This document shows positions 39,172 through 45,768 of a stretch of 64,000 bases of DNA, in pieces. The translations under genes and the position numbers were made by a program. The stretch comes from an uncultured Christensenella sp. (lineage in GTDB: Bacteria; Bacillota; Clostridia; Christensenellales; UBA3700): positions 41,871 to 105,870 of the forward strand of contig CASDWJ010000045.1 in the NCBI GenBank assembly GCA_949284695.1. The letters are read 5' to 3'. Each line of letters begins with the position of its first letter. Position 1 is the stretch's first letter. The notes beneath the pieces are model-generated. The model ran no database searches and had not been told where the DNA came from. It worked only from the letters and a program-made list of their open reading frames with translations.

Positions 39172-39748
39172 CGTCTTTCATCCTCTCTGCCTGTGATTTT
39201 TTCAGGTACACGGGCGAAAGATTGGTTTCAAACAAGCCTTTCTCCGCGCGGCTTCCTGCGATGGCGATGAGGTTTCTGCCGCTCACGGGCAGGCTCTGGT
39301 AAGTCACGCTGACATTATATGAAAGCATTTCGGTTTTGGTTACGCTCTTTTCCCACTCGACGTTCTGCCAGCCGTCCGAGAACATAGCCGCATAATAATT
39401 GTCGTTTCTCGCGTCGATAGCGGTGAGAAATCTGCCCGTCCGTCCGTATCCGATGAGCGCGAGCGCGTCGATCGCCACCACGGGTTTGCCGAGCGCGAGA
39501 GAAAACGCCTTGACCGTGCTTACTCCCACTCTTATGCCCATAAACGACCCCGGACCTGCGGTTGCCGCAAAGACGTCGACGTCTCCGAGCCGCGCGCCGA
39601 GCTGAGCAAGCACTTCGTCAACGTACGGTATAATCAGCGCATTGTGCTTTTTGAGGCAGTCGTCGCTTATCTTTTCTGCGTAATTTCCGTCTATTTCGGC
39701 GCAGACGACAAGTCTGTCCGTCGTACTGTCAATTGCCAATATATTCAT
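39164..39748 (-). CDS. tsaB: tRNA t6A37 threonylcarbamoyl-transfer protein TsaB
   Basis: MNILAIDSTTD... and GPGSFMGIRVG motifs. Confidence 0.85.
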   Translation of the reverse strand: MNILAIDSTTDRLVVCAEIDGNYAEKISDDCLKKHNALIIPYVDEVLAQLGARLGDVDVFAATAGPGSFMGIRVGVSTVKAFSLALGKPVVAIDALALIGYGRTGRFLTAIDARNDNYYAAMFSDGWQNVEWEKSVTKTEMLSYNVSVTYQSLPVSGRNLIAIAGSRAEKGLFETNLSPVYLKKSQAERMKDGD

Positions 39749-40145
39749 CGCTTATTTCAAACTCCCTGAGATCGTCGCCGAGCGACCTGACGTTTATCGC
39801 GATCGGGTCTTTTACGTCGTCGAACTTATTCCACTCGACGACCACCACGCCTCCGCGGTAAAAATACTCCTCGAGACCGAGTTCGTACACCTCGTCCGCG
39901 TCCGCTACCCTGTACATATCGAAATGAAAGAGCGGCAGTCTGCCTTCGTATTCCTTGACATAGGTGAACGTGGGCGACGTCACCGTCTCCTTTACGCCGA
40001 GAGCAAGCGCGAGACCCTTTGTGAAAGTGGTCTTGCCTGCGCCCAGATCGCCGCTGAGAAGTATGACCTCGCCGCCCTTGAGCCTGTCCGCTACCCGCTT
40101 CGCGAAAGCGTAAGTATCCATTACCGACCGTGACAAAAATTTCAT
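39729..40145 (-). CDS. tsaE: tRNA t6A37 biosynthesis ATPase TsaE
   Basis: P-loop GDLGAGKTTFTKG followed by SPTFT. Confidence 0.88.
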   Translation of the reverse strand: MKFLSRSVMDTYAFAKRVADRLKGGEVILLSGDLGAGKTTFTKGLALALGVKETVTSPTFTYVKEYEGRLPLFHFDMYRVADADEVYELGLEEYFYRGGVVVVEWNKFDDVKDPIAINVRSLGDDLREFEISDEYIGN

Positions 40146-40163
40146 ATTTTGATTATATACCGC

Positions 40164-40192
40164 TTGACAACATTTTGCAATCGTTTCATAAT
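40164..40192 (+). promoter_or_regulatory. Candidate promoter for FMN riboswitch-ribU
   Basis: -35 TTGACA (40164-40169), a 17-nt spacer and -10 CATAAT (40187-40192). Confidence 0.55.
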
Positions 40193-40199
40193 GTTATAG

Positions 40200-40325
40200 A
40201 ACACTTTGAGGGCGGGTGCAATTCCCCACCGGCGGTGAAAGTCCGCAAACGCTGCAAATAACTCAATATGCGGCGCCGAAAGGGTGAAAATCCCTTACCG
40301 ACGGTACAGTCCGGATAGGAAAGGA
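40200..40325 (+). promoter_or_regulatory. FMN riboswitch (RFN element)
   Basis: GAGGGCGGGUGCAAUUCCCCACCGGCGGUGAAAGUCCGC...GGUGAAAAUCCCUUACCGACGGUACAGUCCGGAUAGGAAAGGA matches the RFN core. Its 3' strand overlaps the ribU SD. Confidence 0.9.
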
Positions 40326-40332
40326 TGTTTTT

Positions 40333-41106
40333 ATGACCAATAAGTTTCACTATTCGCGAGCGCGTTATATCGCGTTTACCGCAATTTTCGCAGCACTGTC
40401 CACGGCACTTATGTTTCTGAGCTTCGGCGTACCCTTTATGCCGTCTTTTCTCAAACTCGACTTCTCTGAAGTACCCGCGCTTATAGCTTCATTTTCGCTC
40501 GGTCCCGTTGCGGGAATGATAGTCTGTCTCGTCAAGAACCTGATCAATATGACGGCGAGCACCACGGGTTGCATCGGCGAGATCTCCAACTTCCTGCTCG
40601 GCTGTATGTTCGTCGTGCCCGCAGGTCTTATCTACAAATACAAGCGCAACCGCATAGGCGCGCTGATAGGCTCGCTCGTCGGCGCTGTGGTCATGGGACT
40701 CGGCAGTCTGCTGACCAATTATTATATCGTGTATCCTATATATTACAACTTCATGCCTTATGAAGTAATACTCGGCATGTATCAGGCTCTCTATCCCAAA
40801 GTGTACGACCTGTGGGATTGTCTGTTCGTATTCAATCTGCCCTTCACCGTGCTCAAGGGTCTGATGTGCGCGGTCGTGACGTTTGTGATATACAAGCCGA
40901 TCAGCATTGTGATGAAATCCGTTGAAGGCAGATTCGTGACGATAAAGCGCAAAAAAGAATATCAGCTCAACAAGATACGCGTTGCGGCTGTGATCATACC
41001 GTCGGAAAACGCGCCCGCACAGGATAGCGCGCCCGACCGGGCAACACAAGAGACGGCAACAGACGCGACAAGCGCGGTCGCGACGGAAAATCTCACGCGA
41101 TCCTGA
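40333..41106 (+). CDS. ribU: ECF-type riboflavin transporter S-component (RibU/FmnP) with a hydrophilic C-terminal tail
   Basis: A membrane protein directly behind the FMN riboswitch, with the FLKLDFSEVPALIASF motif typical of RibU. Confidence 0.8.
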   Translation: MTNKFHYSRARYIAFTAIFAALSTALMFLSFGVPFMPSFLKLDFSEVPALIASFSLGPVAGMIVCLVKNLINMTASTTGCIGEISNFLLGCMFVVPAGLIYKYKRNRIGALIGSLVGAVVMGLGSLLTNYYIVYPIYYNFMPYEVILGMYQALYPKVYDLWDCLFVFNLPFTVLKGLMCAVVTFVIYKPISIVMKSVEGRFVTIKRKKEYQLNKIRVAAVIIPSENAPAQDSAPDRATQETATDATSAVATENLTRS

Positions 41107-41149
41107 TTAGACAAAAAATAAATATTTATAAAAATTATGTCAATCATTA

Positions 41150-41178
41150 TTGACAAAAGCCGATTATTTTAGTAAAAT
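41150..41178 (+). promoter_or_regulatory. Candidate promoter for the tRNA genes
   Basis: -35 TTGACA (41150-41155), a 17-nt spacer and -10 TAAAAT (41173-41178), about 15 nt before tRNA-Thr. Confidence 0.5.
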
Positions 41179-41193
41179 GAATTAGCTTGATAA

Positions 41194-41269
41194 GCTGATG
41201 TGGCTCAGTCGGTAGAGCAATTCACTCGTAATGAATAGGTCGGCGGTTCGATTCCGCCCATCAGCTCCA
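41194..41269 (+). tRNA. tRNA-Thr (anticodon CGU), CCA encoded
   Basis: Manual cloverleaf: acceptor GCTGATG/CATCAGC, D arm GCTC...GAGC, anticodon stem ATTCA/TGAAT with loop CT-CGT-AA, and T arm GGCGG-TTCGATT-CCGCC. Confidence 0.9.
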
Positions 41270-41271
41270 GA

Positions 41272-41300
41272 AAACTTACGCTTGCCGTAAGTTTTTATTT
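41272..41300 (+). terminator. Terminator-like hairpin between the two tRNA genes
   Basis: Stem acttacg/cgtaagt with loop cttgc, followed by ttttattt and abutting the first base of tRNA-Pro. Confidence 0.55.
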
Positions 41301-41377
41301 CGAGGTGTAGCGCAGTTTGGTAGCGCGCTTGGTTCGGGACCAAGAGGCCGCTGGTTCAAATCCAGTCACCTCGACCA
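41301..41377 (+). tRNA. tRNA-Pro (anticodon CGG), CCA encoded
   Basis: Acceptor CGAGGTG/CACCTCG, anticodon stem CTTGG/CCAAG with loop TT-CGG-GA, and T arm GCTGG-TTCAAAT-CCAGT. Confidence 0.9.
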
Positions 41378-41400
41378 CGCGACAGCTCAGCGTAACGAGC

Positions 41401-41445
41401 AAAAAAAAGAAGATATGCAAAACCGCATATCTTCTCTTTTTTTTG
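41401..41445 (+). terminator. Rho-independent terminator after tRNA-Pro
   Basis: Stem gaagatatgc/gcatatcttc (41409-41418 and 41425-41434), with an A-run before it and a T-run after it. Confidence 0.85.
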
Positions 41446-41467
41446 CATTTTTGCCTTCGCTATCTCG

Positions 41468-41494
41468 GTCGAGGTGACTTGTCCCGTTTGAATT
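41468..41494 (-). repeat. Inverted partial copy of the tRNA-Pro 3' end
   Basis: gtcgaggtgact (41468-41479) is the exact reverse complement of tRNA-Pro 41364-41375. A degenerate T-arm remnant (tttgaa) follows. Confidence 0.8.
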
Positions 41495-41541
41495 AGTGAC
41501 GCTCACTTCGTTCGCTATTCCGTCGCGCACATTAGTGCGTT

Positions 41542-41580
41542 CCTTACAAATCCAGTCACCTCTTGGTCTACTACCAAGCG
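41542..41580 (+). repeat. 39-nt direct repeat, copy 1 (contains 16 nt identical to the tRNA-Pro 3' end)
   Basis: Sequence ccttacaaatccagtcacctcttggtctactaccaagcg. The stretch caaatccagtcacctc equals tRNA-Pro 41357-41372. Confidence 0.85.
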
Positions 41581-41773
41581 TCGCTCTTAATTCAGGGCTC
41601 CTAAAAAGCTAAGCATAGCGTGCTTTTTGGGATTAAGGAGGCACGGAGCGCTAAGGTGAACATTGCTCCTGCAATGTGAACACAATGCCGACTGTGCCGA
41701 CGCGGCTTAGGACCAAGATGCCGCTGCTGACGCTTATATCATAATGATTTATAAATAATGTACTTCTGCTCCT

Positions 41774-41993
41774 CCCACTCGCAATATAATTGCTTCGCCG
41801 CTTTGGCTAAAAACGTGCCACCGGCACGTTTTCTTAACGCGTCGACCCCCGCTCGCAATATAATTGCTTCGCCGCTTTGGCTAAAAACGTGCCACCGGCA
41901 CGTTTTCTTAACGCGTCGATCCCCGCTCGCAATATAATTGCTTCGCCGCTTTGGCTAAAAACGTGCCACCGGCACGTTTTCTTAACGCGTCGC
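41774..41993 (+). repeat. Three tandem 74-nt direct repeats, each with a TATAAT box and a terminator-like hairpin
   Basis: Units start at 41778, 41852 and 41926. Units 1 and 2 differ at 1 of 74 nt. Each contains gcaaTATAATtgc and aaaacgtgcc-acc-ggcacgtttt. Confidence 0.9.
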
Positions 41994-41994
41994 G

Positions 41995-42033
41995 CCTTAC
42001 AAATCCGTTCACCTCTTGGTCTACTACCAAGCG
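41995..42033 (+). repeat. 39-nt direct repeat, copy 2
   Basis: Sequence ccttacaaatccgttcacctcttggtctactaccaagcg, with 2 mismatches to copy 1 located 453 nt upstream. Confidence 0.85.
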
Positions 42034-42280
42034 GCACCCTATCGCTTGACCCGATCTCTCCCGCTCAATTTAGCGTTACGTTTAATCGGAAGCTTTTCTA
42101 TCATCTACTTACTGTTATACAGAACAAATCCGTCTTGATTTCGTGTATTTTTCCTACGTTCAGACAATGTTATTATCTTTCACGGATACTCCATGTCTTC
42201 TTCGCTGACGTTGATTTGTCAGACAGATCGTAGTACCGTGATTTTTATCTGAAATAATCTGTTTTTTCAATTTTTTTCAA

Positions 42281-42314
42281 TTACAAACATAATATTATAG
42301 ATATTATTTGTAAA
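42281..42314. promoter_or_regulatory. AT-rich imperfect palindrome, candidate operator upstream of the XRE gene
   Basis: Arms ttacaaacataatat-tatag-atattatttgtaaa. Confidence 0.3.
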
Positions 42315-42461
42315 CAATCGGTTTTGTGATATATTTAAGAATACCGCAAAAACCTTATTTCACTTCAAACTTTTCTGCAGTCCGCGCCGCTAGACATTTT
42401 ATCTGGTAACAAATTATTGCCCGATGCATACTTTAAAATTTTTAAATGGCTGACGTGACAT

Positions 42462-42662
42462 ATGGACACAAGATTTTGCAACAATCTCAAAGCAGCGCGA
42501 AAAGCGTGTCATATGACCCAAAAACAAGTAGCCGATTGTCTCGGTGTCGTCGAAAGCTGCTATGCCAACTATGAGCAAGGCAGAACGGAACCGTGCATCG
42601 ACATACTGCGTCAGCTTGCACGCCTGTTTTCTGTTACGCTCGATGAACTTATAAACGACTGA
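42462..42662 (+). CDS. XRE-family helix-turn-helix transcriptional regulator (66 aa)
   Basis: NLKAARKACHMTQKQVADCLGVVESCYANYEQGRTEPCIDILRQLARLFSVTLDELI is a classic Cro/C1-type HTH. Confidence 0.85.
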   Translation: MDTRFCNNLKAARKACHMTQKQVADCLGVVESCYANYEQGRTEPCIDILRQLARLFSVTLDELIND

Positions 42663-42693
42663 ACCCTTATGGTGTGTCGTAAGGGGTCATTTT

Positions 42694-43185
42694 TTACTGT
42701 TTTATTGACGATACGCGCGCAAAATACAACGTATACTCCTCACCTACCGTCACGGTAAGTTCGCAAAGCTGCGGCACGTCGTATTCGTCATCGGCATCAG
42801 TATCAGACGGATAGACGTTGTTCGTTTTCGCAACGTACACAGCCGTACCGCTACTGCCGTCGTCGTATTTGACAGAATATCTTTCCGTACCGTCCGCGCC
42901 CGTTGACGCCTCCGTCAACTGCCCTTTCAGTGTTTTACCGCCGTCGGCGTATACTATGACGATCTCGCCTTCGCGAGAAACCGTACAGGTCACAGCAATT
43001 CTTTTAACGTTTGCTTCGTATGTATAATCCTCTCCGCACGCGATAACTTCTCCGTGTTCGTTAAGTGCTACAGCCATTTCCCATGTAGAATCGAGCAATG
43101 CGTCATTATCGCACGCCGTGAAAGCCGCAACGAATACGACTGCAACTATAACGAGCATAAATACCGCTATAAATCTTTTCTTCAC
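42694..43185 (-). CDS. Hypothetical lipoprotein
   Basis: GTG at 43185 lies 6 nt after a GGAGG RBS. The signal peptide is VKKRFIAVFMLVIVAVVFVAAFTAC with lipobox FTAC. I recognise no family. Confidence 0.6.
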   Translation of the reverse strand: MKKRFIAVFMLVIVAVVFVAAFTACDNDALLDSTWEMAVALNEHGEVIACGEDYTYEANVKRIAVTCTVSREGEIVIVYADGGKTLKGQLTEASTGADGTERYSVKYDDGSSGTAVYVAKTNNVYPSDTDADDEYDVPQLCELTVTVGEEYTLYFARVSSIKQ

Positions 43186-43362
43186 GATCGACCTCCGCCC
43201 TGCCTGTTGTATGTTTTTACTCAATGTTGTTGACCGCATTTCGTTTCTTCGGCAACAAGACGTTTTCCGCCTGAAATATAACACAGATATTCCCATTGGT
43301 CAATATGCAAAAACCGCCCTCTCTTTGAAGAAAGGACGGTTACTTTGTCAAATATACGTTTG

Positions 43363-44295
43363 TCAGATAGTTCTCTGTTTGATCGAAGGATCAACGACGT
43401 TGAGCACGTCGATATAATATCTCTTGCCGACCGTGCGGTAGTATATCACGAGATCGCAAGCCTGAGCGAGCGCGAGCGATACTGATATGGCAAAAAGAGT
43501 GCCGACGAAGAAGGTAAACACGCTGACCGCCACCGTCAGTCCGAGCCATGCAACATAATAAATCAGATACAGCCCGAACGCATAGGAAAATCTCTGCTTC
43601 AGCAGACTCATCGCCTTTTTGAGTCCGTCTACCACGCCGAGACCGTCCGCGACCATTGCCGGTATCCAGCCGAACAGAAGCGCGCGGCGAACAGCCATTG
43701 CAACTACGAATATCGCGACCGCGGAAGCGAGTCCGACAAGCGGCGCCACCTTGAAAAGCGTTGCAAAACTCAACCAGTACAGCAAAGCCACCACCGCCAT
43801 AAATCCGATCGTGATCGCCGTGTAAAGAAGCGAATATCTCATCGCCTTCCTGAAGTTGACGATCAGATTAGAACTGAAGCCGAATTTACTGTTGGAACTC
43901 ATATGGTGATTGATGACGTCAGACACGCAATACTGTCCCCACGAGAAAAACACGACGTAAAGCAGATAGATAAGGACGAGCCAGACGATAGACAGATTGA
44001 TCTGCAGGCTGTTGTTTCTGATTATCTCACCCGCCTGATCGAATTTGTCGGACAGCATCTCGTAAGCCATTGCCTGATTTTCCGGGTTGCCCTGCAAAGC
44101 CTCGTGCACGTATGCTCTGACCGCATTGCCGAGGTCGAGTTCGTTCATATTGCTACGCAGACCCGAAAGCGTCGGATAAATCGCGCAGACTGTCAGCACG
44201 CTGAACAGGAACGTGACCACGATGAGGAACACGAGCAGTTTGTAAACTATCGAAAATCTCGAAGTCAGTATACTAAGGGAATGTTTGAAAGACAT
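43363..44295 (-). CDS. Hypothetical polytopic membrane protein
   Basis: A 310-aa ORF with several hydrophobic helices, only 3 nt from the upstream gene. No recognised motif. Confidence 0.6.
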   Translation of the reverse strand: MSFKHSLSILTSRFSIVYKLLVFLIVVTFLFSVLTVCAIYPTLSGLRSNMNELDLGNAVRAYVHEALQGNPENQAMAYEMLSDKFDQAGEIIRNNSLQINLSIVWLVLIYLLYVVFFSWGQYCVSDVINHHMSSNSKFGFSSNLIVNFRKAMRYSLLYTAITIGFMAVVALLYWLSFATLFKVAPLVGLASAVAIFVVAMAVRRALLFGWIPAMVADGLGVVDGLKKAMSLLKQRFSYAFGLYLIYYVAWLGLTVAVSVFTFFVGTLFAISVSLALAQACDLVIYYRTVGKRYYIDVLNVVDPSIKQRTI

Positions 44296-44298
44296 ATG

Positions 44299-45126
44299 TC
44301 ACCCCCAATAATTATTTTCGTCGATATCCGCAACTTCAACGTCCTCGAGATCGCAGAAGATGACGTACATCAGCACGTGGTAATACATAAATGCGAACAG
44401 ATAGAACAAGATGTCCATTATCTGAGTCAGCACGTTGATATCGAATATGTTGACGACGACGAGCGGGACATAAGCCACAACGACGGGGATCGTGACCGCG
44501 GGTATGATCTTTTTTGCCTTGTTGACAGAAGTCGTCCAGCTGAGGTTGATCGACTTGAACAAGCCGAATCCTCTCATCGTCATATTCGGCACCGTCAGTA
44601 TAAGCATCGAACAGCAGAACAGGAACAGCCCGACGAAAACTATGACCGTGATCGTACAAAGCGTCATCGTCACCGCCTTGATCGCTATGACCTTGGACCA
44701 GAAAAACACGAACAGCGTCGTGACTATCCCGAGCACTTCGAGGAGCACCATAAGCGCGAGCATGCCTTTGGCTACAGGCAGAAAATTGCTGTTGACGAGT
44801 TTGAAGAAGTTGTGCGCGTTCAGCTTGTAAAAATGCCCGTAACGCATCTTATGCTGTACGCTGCCAACGCACGCCGCGGCAAAAAGCGCGTACACGATGA
44901 AAGCGAGGATCATCACGCCGAGTTTGTACGGCTTGTTAAGGTCTGTGCCCGTCAGAAACACTTCGGAAAAAGTGACCGACCTGTCCAGTTGCTGACTGAA
45001 AAGAAGTCTTATCAGCGACACGGGCGAAGATACGAGTCCCAGCAAGACGGCGGGAAGCACGCAGAAAGCGAACATCCTGACGAAATGCTCTTTCAGATAT
45101 CCGAAAGTGGTTTTGATATAAGACAT
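44299..45126 (-). CDS. Hypothetical polytopic membrane protein
   Basis: A 275-aa ORF with several hydrophobic helices, 3 nt after the HAD hydrolase gene. Confidence 0.6.
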   Translation of the reverse strand: MSYIKTTFGYLKEHFVRMFAFCVLPAVLLGLVSSPVSLIRLLFSQQLDRSVTFSEVFLTGTDLNKPYKLGVMILAFIVYALFAAACVGSVQHKMRYGHFYKLNAHNFFKLVNSNFLPVAKGMLALMVLLEVLGIVTTLFVFFWSKVIAIKAVTMTLCTITVIVFVGLFLFCCSMLILTVPNMTMRGFGLFKSINLSWTTSVNKAKKIIPAVTIPVVVAYVPLVVVNIFDINVLTQIMDILFYLFAFMYYHVLMYVIFCDLEDVEVADIDENNYWG

Positions 45127-45129
45127 AAG

Positions 45130-45768
45130 CTACTCCTTTGTCACGAAGTCGGCGACTTCGGAGGGTGTGGAAGCAAAGAACACGATGTTGCTCTGCTTCA
45201 TTGCGGCATAATCGCCGAAGCCCCATTTGCAGACGATACAGTCCATACCCACCGCGGCGGCGCCGTCGACGTCGAAGTCGGTATCGCCTATCATCACGCA
45301 TTCTTCGGGCTTCGCGCCGAGGTTTTCGAGCGCGTATTCAAGCACTTCTCTCTTGGTCTCTCTTACATTATAGCACAGACCCGAGGTAAACGTAACGCGA
45401 TCGTATATCCCGAACTTTTTGAGCAACGCTACCGCTTCTTCCTGCTTCTTGCAGGTAGCGACGCAAACCTTGAATCCCGCCGCGTCGAGAAAAGCGAATA
45501 TATCTGCTATGCCGTCGTAAAGTCTGGTCGTGCCAATATATTTCGAAGTATATATCGACCTGAACAGCGCGACCGCTTCGTACGCCTTGTCCTTATCCCT
45601 GAAATAGGAATAAAACGTATCCGAAAGCGGCGGACCTATATAACGCGGATAGAGCTTCTCGTCCACGTCGAGCCCGTAATGCGGAAACACTTCGCGGAAG
45701 GTCTTGTATATACCCTCAGAAGTGTCGCATATCGTGCCGTCGAAATCGAAAAACAAATACTTATACAT
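45130..45768 (-). CDS. HAD-superfamily hydrolase (phosphoglycolate-phosphatase-like)
   Basis: Motif I FFDFDGTICDT and a C-terminal GDTDFD motif. Confidence 0.85.
   Translation of the reverse strand: MYKYLFFDFDGTICDTSEGIYKTFREVFPHYGLDVDEKLYPRYIGPPLSDTFYSYFRDKDKAYEAVALFRSIYTSKYIGTTRLYDGIADIFAFLDAAGFKVCVATCKKQEEAVALLKKFGIYDRVTFTSGLCYNVRETKREVLEYALENLGAKPEECVMIGDTDFDVDGAAAVGMDCIVCKWGFGDYAAMKQSNIVFFASTPSEVADFVTKE

Noticed and set aside
41774-41993. A possible CRISPR array at the 74-nt repeats.
   Set aside because: The units are directly abutting with no unique spacers. The repeat is too long, and no cas genes are present in the window.
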